Shown: piece by piece, positions 1-11,524 of the stretch
Numbering within the stretch: position 1 is the first letter of the stretch
How the letters are laid out: every line of letters begins with the position of its first letter
Assembly (NCBI RefSeq): GCF_963921235.1
Contig: NC_086104.1
Span: forward strand, 12,772,001-12,836,000
Length of the DNA stretch: 64,000 nt
Direction: 5' to 3'
Source of the DNA: Mobula hypostoma
Lineage: Eukaryota
Translations under genes and position numbers: made by a program
Notes under the pieces: generated by a model
The model's database searches: none
The model's input: only the letters and a program-made list of their open reading frames with translations
What the model was told of the DNA's origin: nothing

Positions 1-540
1 CAAAAAAAGATTTTGGAACAAAGATTGGTAATGCCTGAAATATATATAAAAATTTTGGCAAAAAAAACATCTTAACTTCATTAATACGACCAATCAAAGT
101 TAAATATAAAGGAAACCATTTAGATGAAAGTTGAATAATATGGTCTATTAATGGTAAAAAATTAATCTTAAATAAATCTTTGTATTTACAAGTAATTTTA
201 ATCCCAAGATATGAAAAATAATTATTAATCAATTTAAATGGAAAGTTAAGATATAAGGGAAGTTGTTTATTAATCGGGAAAAGTTCACTCTTACTAAGAT
301 TTAATTTTTAACCTGAAAAAAGACCAAATTGTGCTAATAGCTCTAAAACAGCCGGGATGGATTTTTGGGGATTAGAAATATATAAAAGTAAGTCATCAGC
401 ATAGAGTGATATTTTATGGGACTTTAAGCCCCGAGTTATCCCAGTAATATTTGGAGATTCTCGAATGGCAATTGCAAGAGGTTCTAATGCAATATCAAAT
501 AATAAAGGACTAAGAAGACAACCTTGTCGAGTACCTTGAC
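1..540 (-). mobile_element. L1/Tx1-clade LINE ORF2, RT domain (degenerate, continues left out of the window)
   Basis: Minus-strand translation gives GTRQGCLLSPLLFDIALEPLAIAIR..ISLYADDLLLYISNP..KLNLSKSELFP..FSYLGIKIT..LTLIGRIN, with stops and frameshifts. Confidence 0.85.
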
Positions 541-1590
541 TCGGACTTTGTTAACTTTATGAATGAACAGATTGATCTTTTTTTTACAATTAACTATACG
601 GAGGATATTTCTGTGAACATTCTTTGGGATACTTTTAAAGCTTATATTCCTGGTCAGATTATCTCGTATTCTGCTGCTTTGAGGAAGAAGCTGAAGCAGG
701 AGGAGTTGGTAATTGTGGACAAGATTAAGGAAATTGATAAGAAATGTGTTATAGCTCCTTCTGAGGAATTATATAAACAAAGAACTGAACTTCAAATGGA
801 ACACAGTTTATTACTTTCGTCCTCGATTATAAACCAATTAAAGAAAACAAGAAGTGAATTTTATGTACACAGTGACAAAATTGGCAAACTGTTGGCTAAT
901 CAACTGAAGTCTAATTATGCTAAATCTCAAATTAATCAGATTTATAACCAAAATGACCGACTGATACTTGATCATGTGGGGATTAATCAAACCTTCTGTG
1001 ATTTTTATTCTTCCTTATATCAATCAGAGTCTCCTCGAGATTCTAAATATATGAATGATTTTTTAGATAATCTAGACTTCCCTGAGATTTCACAGGATAT
1101 GTCTTCTATGTTAGATACTCCCATTACCACGGATGAGATTAAGAATGTTATTTTCTCTATGAATTTGGGGAAAGCTCCTGGCCCTGATGGGTTTACCGTA
1201 GAATTTTATAAATGTTTCGCTCCCTCATTAATCCCTTGGTTCTGCAGGGTTTCTGAGGCTTCATTAAAACTTGGTAAACTTCCCGAATCTTTCAATAGAG
1301 CGTCAATTTCTTTAATATTAAAGAAGGATAAAGATCCTGCTCAATGTGCATCTTACAGACCAATATCTTTATTAAATGTTGATTCTAAAGTTTTTTCTAA
1401 GTCATTAGCAAATAGATTAGAAAAAGTACTTCCTTCTATTATTTCGGAAGACCAAACGGGTTTTATTAAAGGTCGTTACTCTTTTTATAATATTCGCACA
1501 CTGTTAAATATTGTTTATACTCCCTCACAAAATGTTCCTGAGTGTGTTATCTCTTTAGAGGCTGAGAAAGCTTTTGATAGAGTAGAAAGA
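538..1590 (+). mobile_element. L1/Tx1-clade ORF2 fragment (post-endonuclease linker to RT start), inverted relative to 1-540
   Basis: ORF 559-1602 contains LWDTFKAYI, GKAPGPDGFTVEFYK, YRPISLLNVDSK, DQTGFIKGR and SLEAEKAFDRVE. Confidence 0.9.
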
Positions 1591-1629
1591 ATGTGTGTAT
1601 AAAAATAAATAACGGATACCCCATCCGTT

Positions 1630-1850
1630 AAAGGGGGAGGTGGGGCATTAGCGGAAGTTAGAGAAGTCAATGTTCGTGCCATCAGGTTGGAGGCTACCCA
1701 GACGGAATATAAGGTGTTGTTCCTCCAACCCGAGTGTGGCTTCATCTTCACAGTAGCGGAGGCCGTGGATAGACATATCAGAATGGGAATGGGATGTGGA
1801 ATTAAAATGTGTGGCCACTGGGAGATCCTGCTTTCTCTGGCGGACAGAGC
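1630..1850 (-). mobile_element. Penelope-like element, C-terminal GIY-YIG endonuclease fragment
   Basis: ORF 1648-1884 reads PVATHFNSTSHSHSDMSIHGL..EEQHLIFRLGSLQPDGTNIDF, typical of the end of a Penelope ORF. Confidence 0.8.
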
Positions 1851-1875
1851 GGAGGAGTTTATTAACCCACCGGCA

Positions 1876-2727
1876 ATAATCCAATCAGGGAGCTGCCTTG
1901 TTCACCAATCAAGAGACAGCAACTGCAGAAGCGCGGAAACTAGCCGCTTAGTCTCCTAAATAATCCGCAATTTGAAACAGCCCGCCAAAAATCCTTTGTT
2001 CAAACCAAAACTAAAATCAAATTATTCCAGATCTGTTTGTCCATTTGGTCTCGGCACTCACCTCATTACTGAAGTCCGACACATTTAATATAGGAATGGT
2101 TAATATTGAAACAGAGCCTGAGAGATTAATTCCCCGGATTCTTTTCAAAGTGATAAAGGCTCGAGGGAGGGGGAGGAGGGCAACTCGCTTCTGTTCGGGC
2201 CGGTAATTTTGTGAACCGGATCAGGTTATGAACGGATTGCTCATCCCAGAATGCGACTGGAGTTTAACAAATTATTTTACAGATGAAATGAACTTATTCA
2301 TTTCCATAGATGCTGCCTGACCTGCTGGATTCCTCCAGCATTTTGTGTGATTTCCAGCATCGGCAGGATCTCTTGTGCACCTGTGAAATAATCGTGAACC
2401 AGTTCACGTCTGCTTTGAAATGGCATTCAGAATGCCAAAAATAAAAGGACAGAAGCTATTAAATCACATTCCCATAGCGATTAAAATCAGAAAAAGCAAA
2501 TACCCACTTCTCAGAGATGCTATTTGTAATTACCGAGACCGTGACGCGAAGGAGGAACTGATGTTTCCGTGTGTGTACGGGAGGAAGAATGTAACCATGA
2601 CCTCGGAATAATGCCGAGCACTGGGACCGATTAACAAGGATAGAATTCGAATAAACTCATGAAGATTTTGAGATTTACTTCAATTCAATTGCTAAATATT
2701 AATGTAACTCTTTTAATTAATCTCTGA
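1876..2727 (-). pseudogene. Orphan copy of the H2A promoter plus H2A-H2B spacer, with both genes missing
   Basis: Collinear with 3545-4441: CCAAT boxes, GCGCGGAAA (1931), CCCGCCAAAA (1981) and the spacer. It ends at an H2B-type HDE (gtaactcttttaa, about 2704) exactly where the stem-loop should start. Confidence 0.8.
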
Positions 2728-2959
2728 CTTCCGTCGTGTTTTAGGTTAGTTTTGTCAGCACCCTTCACTTGCAGCTGGTGTACTTGGTTTCCGCCTTTGT
2801 CCCTGGATATCCCGAACCAAGTGGAAATAATCGCCCGCGATGCTCTCGAAAATAACCCACACGAACACGCCAGCAAGATATTTCAATGCACCCTGCAGTG
2901 ATTTTTTTTAAATCTGATTTGCGCCTGAGCCCCTTACCCCACGCTCACGGGAACTATAG

Positions 2960-3005
2960 ACAGCCCTTTCACAGACACTGTGAGTGGCTCTTAAAAGAGC
3001 CTTTG
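2960..3005 (-). terminator. Histone mRNA 3' stem-loop and HDE (H2A copy 1)
   Basis: Minus strand CCAAA-GGCTCTTTTAAGAGCC-ACTCA (hairpin 2986-3001), then GAAAGGGCTGT (2960-2970). Confidence 0.95.
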
Positions 3006-3031
3006 GGTCACCGGTTTCAGAATCTGTCGCT

Positions 3032-3463
<432 letters not shown>

Positions 3464-3469
3464 TCACCC

Positions 3470-3665
3470 TTCTTGTACCTTTTAGGGGAATACAGTGGGA
3501 TGTTTATGATTGGTGCAACCACGCTTAACTTCATTGGAGACAAGTAATCGTCCATTCAGGGAGCTGCCTTATTCACCAATCAGGAGACAGTCACTGGAGA
3601 GGCGCGGAAACCAACCGCTTATTTCCGTTAAAAAAATTAAATCTGAAAAAGCCCGCCAAAAATAT
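3470..3665 (-). promoter_or_regulatory. H2A promoter (copy 1): CCAAT boxes and E2F-type sites
   Basis: ATTGG at about 3509 and 3533, CCAAT at about 3576, GGCGCGGAAA at 3601-3610, CCCGCCAAA at 3652-3660; related motifs in all H2A copies. Confidence 0.7.
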
Positions 3666-4417
3666 TTTGTTCAAACCCAATCTAAATCCAAATTATTTCA
3701 GATCTGCTTGTTCAATTAATCTCCGCATTCACCCCATTACAGAAGTCCGACACGTTTTACATTGGTGTAGTTGATATTGAAACACAGTCTGGGGATTTCA
3801 AATGATAAGCGCTCAGAACAGAAAAATAATCGTTTCTGTTCGCAGCCCGTCATTGTGTGAGCCTGATCAGGTTAAGAACGGTTGCTTTTCTCAGACTGCG
3901 ACTGGAGTATAGCTTGATGATTTTAACAAATTATTTTACAAATGCAATTAGATTATTCACTTCCATGGACGCTGCGTGACCTGCCGGATTCCTCCAGTAC
4001 TTTTGCATGTTGCCTGCATTTCCATCGGCATTATCTCTTGTGTATCTGAAAACACGGTGACCCAGTTAAGGCAACACACATCAAAGTTGCTGGCGAACGC
4101 AGCAGGCCAGGCAGCATCAGAATTCCTCGTGTTGACCAGGTCTGGCTTTGAAATGGGATTCAGATAAATTGCCAAGATAGGAAATAAATTAATAAACTAC
4201 AAGACCCACACCATTTACACCTTAAACAGCAAACATCCGCTTCGCAGATACGGTTTGTAATGACCGAGACAGAGAGGGTGATGTTTCCGTGTGCAGTAGA
4301 AAGAATGTAACAAAGACCTCGAGATAATACCGAGCAAGTAGGCCAATTAACATGGATGGTACTTGAATTAGCTCAAATATTTCCAGATTTACTTCAATTT
4401 AACTGCTAAGTATTAGT

Positions 4418-4464
4418 GCAACTCTTTTAATGAATCTGTGAGTGGCTCTTAAAAGAGCCGTTGG
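4418..4464 (-). terminator. Histone mRNA 3' stem-loop and HDE (H2B copy 1)
   Basis: CCAAC-GGCTCTTTTAAGAGCC-ACTCA (hairpin 4444-4459); HDE AAAAGAGTTGC at 4418-4428. Confidence 0.95.
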
Positions 4465-4491
4465 GTTTCCGGTGTGTTTTCTGGGCACTCT

Positions 4492-4866
4492 TCACTTGGA
4501 GCTGGTGTACTTGGTCACCGCCTTTGTCCCTTCCGACACGGCGTGCTTGGCCAGCTCCCCAGGCAGCAGCAGGCGCACGGCAGTCTGGATCTCCCGGGAG
4601 CTGATGGTCGATCGCTTGTTATAATGGGCCAGCCGGGAAGCCTCGCCCGCGATGCGCTCGAAAATATCGCTCACGAACGAGTTCATGATGCTCATGGCCT
4701 TGGAGGAGATGCCGGTGTCGGGGTGAACCTGCTTCATCACTTTGTAGATATAGATGGAGTAACTCTCCTTCCTCACCCTCCTGCGTTTCTTGCCAGACTT
4801 GCCCGCTGGTTTGGGCAAAGCTTTCTTGGCGCCCTTCTTGGGAGCGGATTTCTGCGGCTCGGGCAT
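4492..4866 (-). CDS. H2B: Replication-dependent histone H2B, 124 aa (copy 1)
   Basis: [51 protein letters not shown]; ATG at 4866. Confidence 0.98.
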   Translation of the reverse strand: MPEPQKSAPKKGAKKALPKPAGKSGKKRRRVRKESYSIYIYKVMKQVHPDTGISSKAMSIMNSFVSDIFERIAGEASRLAHYNKRSTISSREIQTAVRLLLPGELAKHAVSEGTKAVTKYTSSK

Positions 4867-4917
4867 TTCTTCGCTCGGATTCAAACGGCAAAATGAGTAA
4901 AATCTGCTCGGAGTGCG

Positions 4918-4985
4918 GATTAAATAGACTGCGCTCACAGCAGAATGCTAATAAGGATGTGGAAACCGAACATTCCCATTGGTTC
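4918..4985 (-). promoter_or_regulatory. H2B promoter (copy 1): TATA, octamer-like H2B box, CCAAT
   Basis: Minus strand CCAAT (4978-4982), CCTTATTAGCAT (octamer core 4945-4952) and TATTTAA (4920-4926). Confidence 0.8.
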
Positions 4986-5580
4986 ATTCTGGAAACGACT
5001 CGCCCATCAGATTTATTCCGACAAATGCTTTGATTGAAACGAAAGGAAACAAATCTCTATTGTTCGCTCCACCAGTCAGAAGCCGGTCCCACTGCCCGCT
5101 TGGTCCGGATAACAATATGGACTGGGAACCGTGCCGATCTGGTGCAGAAAGTCCGATAGGGCAGACAGAGGTTTGGGGCTGAAATTAAAATAGGCAAACG
5201 TAAAGTACTAAAGAAGATGGAATTTTTTAAAAAGCACACAATGCAATTAATAAGATCGAACAGTGGGCAAATAAGTGTTGGATGTTTTATAAAGAGGATC
5301 AATAGACTGACACTCAATTTGAAATTGTATAGGTAAACACTTGAGGAAGTGTCAGTGGTAAGAGTTCTTGGCATGTGGCTGGATGACAAGCTGACATGGA
5401 AGAACCATATCAGTAAAATAATTGACAAATGTAAAGGAGTATTAAATCTCCTATGTGGGTATGCTTGGGGTTCTACATGAAAATCTCTGACTTTATATAT
5501 TTGTTTAATTAGATCTATACTTGATTATGGCTGTGTGGCTTATGCTACATCTTCAAACTTCATCTTCAAAATGTTTAGAT

Positions 5581-5842
5581 GAGACTCATTCCACTGAGAT
5601 GCAACCCAGAGCGTCATAGGAAGTCATTCCTGCCTGTGGCCATCAAACTTTACACCTCCTCCCTTGGAGGGTCAGACACCTTGAGCCAATAGGCTGGTCC
5701 TGGACTTATTTCATAATTTACTGTCATAATTTACATATTACTATTTAACTATTTATGGTTCTATTACTATTTATTATTTATGGTGCGACTGTAACAAAAA
5801 CCAATTTCCCCCAGGATCAATAAAGTATGACTATGACTATGA
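5581..5842 (+). mobile_element. Rex1/Babar-type LINE 3' end nested in the Nimb element
   Basis: RHRKSFLPVAIKLY-coding segment, then AATAAA and a (TATGAC)n tail; nearly identical to 62870-63118. Confidence 0.75.
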
Positions 5843-5974
5843 GGTACAAGCTCGGGCTTCAAAACTGTGTTCTGATGCGGTAAGGTCATCTACTGTTTCA
5901 GCTTTACTGTTAAAATGAGTCAATTGCTCTTATAGTTGCAGAGGATGAAGTTGTTGTTAACATACTGGGTTAAC

Positions 5975-6800
5975 TAATTAAGATCCTGGTGGCATGGTGT
6001 GAAGACAATAACCTACCCCTCAATGTCAGCAAGACGAAGGAATTGGTTGTTGACTTCAGAAGGAGTAGTGGACTGCACAACCCATTTACGTCGGTGGTGC
6101 GCAAGTGGAATAGGTCAAAAGCTTTAAGTTCCTTGGGGTCAATATCACAAATGACCTGACTTGGTCTAACCAATCAGAGTCTACTGCCAAGAAGGCCCAC
6201 CAGCGCCTTTACTTCCTGAGAAAGCTGAAGAAATTTGGCCTGTCCCCTAAAACCCTCCCTAATTTTTATAGATGCACCGTAGAAAGCATTCTTCTAGGGT
6301 GCATCACAACCTGGTATGGAAGTTGTCCTGTCCAAGACCGGAAGAAGATGCAGAAGATCGTGAACATGGCGCAGCACATCACACAAACCAATCTTCCGTC
6401 CTTGGACTCACTTTACACTGCACACTGTCGGAGCAGTGCTTCCAAGATAATCAAGGACACAATCCACCCAGCCAACACACTTTTCGTCCCTCTTCCTTCC
6501 GGGAGAAGGCTCAGGAGCTTGAAGACTCATACGGCCAGATTTGGGAACAGCTTCTTTCCAACTGTGATGAGACTGCTGAACAGATCCTGACCCAGATCTG
6601 GGCCATATCCTCCAACTTTCTGGACCTGCCTCTTCGTTTTTTTTGTGCTCTCTTACTTTCCCTTTTCTATTTTCTATTTATGATTTATAATTTAAATTTT
6701 TAATACTTACTCCAGGGAGCACGAAGCGCAGAATCAAATATTGCTGTGATGATTGTATGCTCTAGTATTGGCGACAATAAAGTATAAAGTATAAAGTAAC
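5975..6800 (+). mobile_element. Rex1/Babar-type LINE 3' fragment nested in the Nimb element
   Basis: WCEDNNLPLNVSKTKELVVDFR..FGNSFFPTVMRLLN; (AAAGTAT)n tail; TAACT duplication. Confidence 0.75.
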
Positions 6801-7513
6801 TTGAGGAGGCAGAGGAATGATCACCCTGTCAAAAGTGTGCTGGGAGACTGTTGGGAACATCATGAGAAGAGTATTTTTAGTTTAGGGGATTATGGCAAGA
6901 CCTGTGGCATAAGGAGAGATACCTTTACAGAATACATAAAATTGTTGGATTGATGGGAGGAGGGGGTAAGACAAGAAGGGAAGGAATTACATTGACTCGA
7001 CTTAGAATTGGGCATACAATACTTAATTATTCCTTATACCTTGTTGGACAATATCACTCTGGGGTGGTAGGTGTTGTCATCATTATGAAACAGTTGAATA
7101 CATTATTTTACAATGTGAAGCATACAAGATTAAAAGAAAGCAAATGCGAGCTGCACTACTAGCTTTGAGGGTTGACAGTCTTCATTTAAAAACTTTACCA
7201 AGTCATGGAAGTGACTTCATTTTAATTCACAATATTGTCTCTCATTATTTAAAATCTCTAGTCCTCTTTGGGGTAATTTAATTTTCAGTTGATAAAGAAC
7301 TAGTAGGGGTTTTGTTTCCCAAATCTCTGTCTACACCACACTCCAGTCCAGTTGGTGGTGGTAATGCACCTTAAGTTAGACTGCCAACCGCCATTAAAAG
7401 TCAGAAGAAGGAGAAGAAACACACAATCAGATGAAATATTGTAAAGTAATATACTAATTTGTTTATTTCTCGCAAACCAACCAGAAACCAAAGGAGAGAG
7501 TTAGCATTTAGAA

Positions 7514-9618
7514 CATCAAAATCTACAGCACATTACAGGCCCTTCAGCCCACAATGTTGTGCTGACCACGTAACCTACTCTAGATAGATAGATAGATAGA
7601 TATACTTTATTGATCCTGAGGGAAATTGGGTTTCATTACAGCCGCACCAACCAAGAATAGAGCATTAATATAGCAATACAAAAACCACGAACAATCAAGC
7701 AACAAAATGCAAACTATGCCAGATGGAAAATAAGTCCAGGACCAGTCTATTGGCTCAGGGTGTCCGACCCTCCACGGGAGGAGCTGCAAGTTCAATGGCC
7801 ACAGGCAGGAACGACGTCCAGTGCCGCCCAGTGTTGTATATCAGTGGAATATGGCCGAAGTCTAACAGTAAAAAGTTCAATACCGGTCTACAAACCCGTT
7901 CCTCGATCGTAATATGACCCAGATTGCACCATCTGTTGTTAACCAGAACAGTAAGCACCGAACCCCTTAACGCTTACCGCTCCCAGTGCACTTCCGGTCA
8001 GCCCGAACGATCTGGAAACCACCCATGGAAAAGTTTTGATCAGGTATGTCCTTGTGCAGCCCCGTTCCAGTGGAACACATCACACTGCACTCCCAAAATG
8101 TTCTCTGATGCCTGGCTAGCGCTGTGAACTCCTCCATTTTATTACGCACCAAACTCCTCTTCTCCATAAGTCTCTGTTGTCTCAACCCGGTCCTCTTTCC
8201 TTGACTTTGTGATCCCCCTCTGCATCCTCTGTGTGTTTTCCTCCAGATTTCAGCAGGGGTGTCCGCCGCTCTGCTCGCTAAACCGGCCGGCATAAGCGCA
8301 AGCAGCTGGTCCCTGGAATAAACAATGCGACCATGCTTCTGTCCCACTAATGAGACGTGTCGGAATGTAACTATTTCCAGCGCTAAAAACCCAAATAAAA
8401 CTCTCTCTACCAGCTTGTTAGAGAGGGTGCCGCTTCGATGTGTTACCGTGAAAAAAAAATACAGAAAATAACATAAGTTAAAAAGTAAGAAGAAAAAAGT
8501 AAGAATACTGATCAGAACAGCTGTAACAGGCTGCATGCACGACCGGCACATACGCAGAAACTGGCCTGGAATTTCCCTACCGCATAGCCCTTTTTTTTTA
8601 AAGCTCCGTGTACCTATCAAAGAGTCTCTTAAAAGACCCTATCATATCCAGCTCCACCATCGTTGCTGGCAGTCCATTCCACCCACCCACCACTCTGTGT
8701 GAAAAATTACCTCTGACATACCCTCTGTACCTACTTCCAAGCACCTTTAAACTATGTCCCCTCATGTTAGCCATTTCAGGCTGGGAAAAATCCTCTGGCT
8801 ATCCACACAATCAATGCCTCTTGTTGTCTTATACACCTCTATCAGGTCTCCTCTGATCCTACGTCACTCCAAGGAGAAAAGGCCAAGTTTACTCAACCTA
8901 TTCTCATAAGGCATGCTCTCCAATCCAGGCAACATACTTGTAAATCTCCTGTGCACTCTCTCTGTAGTATCCACATCTTTCCTGTAGTGAGGTGACCAGA
9001 ACTGAACACAGTACTCCAATTGGCGTCTAACTAAGGTCTAATACAGCTTTAACATTACCTCATGGCTCTTGAACTCAATCCCATGGTTGATGACGACCAA
9101 CACACCATATGCCTTCTTAACAGCACTGTTAAGCTGTTTGAGTGTCCTATGGACACGGACCCCAAGATTTCTCTGATCCTTCACACTGCCAAGAGTCTTA
9201 CCGTTAATATTATATTCTGTCTTCAAATTTGATCTACCAAAATGAACCACTTCACACTTATCTGGGTTGAACTCCATCTGCCACTTGTCAGCCCAATTCT
9301 GCATCCTATCAATGTCCCGCTGAAACCTCTGACAGCCCTCCAGACTATCCACAATACCCCCAACTTTTGTGTAACAGCAAGCTTACTAACCCACCTGTCT
9401 ACTTCCTCATCCAAGCCATTTATAAAAATTACATTGAGGAGGGGTCCCGGAACAGATCCCTGCAGAATGCCACTTGTCACAGACCTCCATACAGAATACA
9501 AACCATCTACAACCACCCTTTGCCTTCTGTGGGCAAGCCAATTCTGGATCCACAAAGCAAGGTCTCCTTGGATCCCGTGCCTCCTTACTTTCTGAATGAT
9601 CCTTGCATGGGGAACCTT
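7514..9618 (-). mobile_element. CR1 LINE 3' part (degenerate), interrupted by the element at 7585-8555
   Basis: WIQNWLAHRRQRVVVDG and WQMEFNPDKCEVVHFGR; CR1 3' UTR at about 7514-7584. Confidence 0.85.
7585..8555 (-). mobile_element. Internally deleted (bipartite) Rex1/Babar-derived non-autonomous element
   Basis: 5' region RIVYSRDQLLAL..WRKTHRGCRGG and endonuclease start joined directly to the 3' end SFLPVAIEL; (TATC)n tail. Confidence 0.7.
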
Positions 9619-10265
9619 TCGATGTAAAGTTCAAAGCCAAATTTATTCTCATAGGTACAAGCAGTCTGCACATTGGAAATGAAAACTATACAGCATCACA
9701 GACACATAGCATCAGAACACAACATTCACAAAAAACACAGAAATTAAACATTAATTATACTAAATTATAAAAGGAAGAAGACAATCTGAACAAAATCAAA
9801 ACAACAAAAGCTACTGTAGTACGAAGTGGTTGGAGTGTTGTTCTACCTTGGTAGTTGGTTCTTCTCCAGTTCAGGTGCAGCCCTTCTCTTCGGTACAGCA
9901 CCCACCAGAACTGGACAGGAACCAGCAATCCATGTACATGAAGCCCTCCCTCCTGCACCAGCTCCTGAACCACATATTCAACTGCACTATCTTTATTTCT
10001 TGGTGAAAGTAATTGTAGGAAGTCCTTCCACCGGCCCCATCCTGTACTGGGATTAATGGCTAAACTGTGAAACACTTGAAGGTGACAGAGTTAGGATGCA
10101 AGGGTCAAGGCAGGGTCAGCGCACATTTTAAGGGGGAGGGGCAAAGCTTAAGGCCACACCCTCCCTGTGACCTCACAAAGGGAAACGACTTGGGATGACT
10201 CCTGCTCTGTGACTTCACAGAGCTCCTGTCCCCGGCAACAGTTGGTGAGGTGAGCAGAGGGACAT

Positions 10266-10842
10266 AACTAAAAAAGGATCTGTAGAGGTCAATATTAAAC
10301 TATCAAAATCAGAGGGGAAGAGCATAATGTGGAGAAGGATAAATCAACAGTGGCAGCAGCATTGGGATAGAGCAATAAAAGGAAGACATTTACATTCAAT
10401 TCAGAACAGCAGATATGGGAAGAAGTAGGGGAGTAAAGTGGAAGGAGCAAGTAATTATAAGTAGACTGAGAATTGGGCACAGCAGCCTTAATGGCACTCT
10501 GGCCATCATAAATAAGCATCCAACAGGTTTTTGCAATCTATGTCAGGAAACTGAAACAGTAGAGCATATCCTTATTTCATGCTGGAAATTTGCACAGGAA
10601 AGGCAACAAATGTTACAACGATTACGCAAAATAGGACTGGTAGAGAACAGTGTTAAAGGTTTATTGGAATGTGGGGAGAGTGATCGGGGAGGAAATGGTT
10701 GTTTAGTTTTTTTAAGGGCGATGGGACTGGAAAGACGGCTTTAAAGTGAATGGACAATGAAGGACAATAAATCCTGAAGATGGCAGCAATGCAACAGTGT
10801 GGATGCCAACTGCCGTAAAAACTCAAAGAAGAAGAAGAAGAC
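10266..10842 (+). mobile_element. I-clade/Nimb-type LINE 3' fragment
   Basis: ISRLRIGHSSLN..CNLCQETETVEHILISC (CCHC finger), (GAA)n tail, TSD GACAT at 10261-10265 and 10843-10847. Confidence 0.8.
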
Positions 10843-11524
10843 GACATTTCGGGGTACACCCATAGAGCGAGGAGTGTTGCTGAGTCTCTCTCTATCTCCC
10901 CTGAAGTCCAGCCGACTTCAGCCATCACTGAAACGCAACTCATTGCTGGGAAGACCAACTCCTGCCCACTAGACGAGAGAGGGAAGGTGAGAGCCGGAGA
11001 GAGGAGGGGTTTGAGATTAACCATCAGAGGACTTGGAGGGTGAAACCCATGTTTGCAGTGGGGAAGCACAGCGATTTCCCCTCAGAGGCAGAAAGCACAC
11101 TTTTGTGGATTAATCCCCCTCTGGGGCTGGGTGTCAGAAACACTGCCCCCCTACCACTCCGGGGCTTGAAGGCAGTGTACAAGTTTAATGGCAGAATTCT
11201 TGACAGAGTGGAGGAACATGGGGAACTTCAAGTCCAAGTTCATAGAGCTTTCAAAGCTGTCACAGAAGTTGATTGTGTGGTAAGAAGTTGTATGGTGTAC
11301 TGGCCTTCAATAATCACATTATATGAGTTCATGAAGGATTTCTAACAGAGTATGTGAAGAAGCCAACTGGAGGAAAGGACATACTGGGTCTAGAACTACG
11401 TCATAATCCTGGACGGGTGACAGATTTCTCAGTGTGTGAGTATTTCAGAGACAGTGATCACAACTTTCTGATCTTTCGCATAGCCATGGACCAAAACAGG
11501 AGCAGAGAACTGGGGAAAGTATGT

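Larger units (their letters stand above)
5243..7419 (+). mobile_element. 5'-truncated I-clade/Nimb-type LINE with two nested Rex fragments
   Basis: VLGMWLDDKLTWKNHI..LIRSILDYGCVAY, TRLRIGHT and a GAA-rich tail. TSD CACACAAT at 5235-5242 and 7420-7427; the empty site is seen at about 52317. Confidence 0.8.

Noticed and set aside
559-1602. Long RT ORFs (also 16323-17084, 20055-21849, 22783-23805) as functional or domesticated genes
   Set aside because: All are truncated or frameshifted pieces of recognisable retrotransposons, with no evidence of exaptation.
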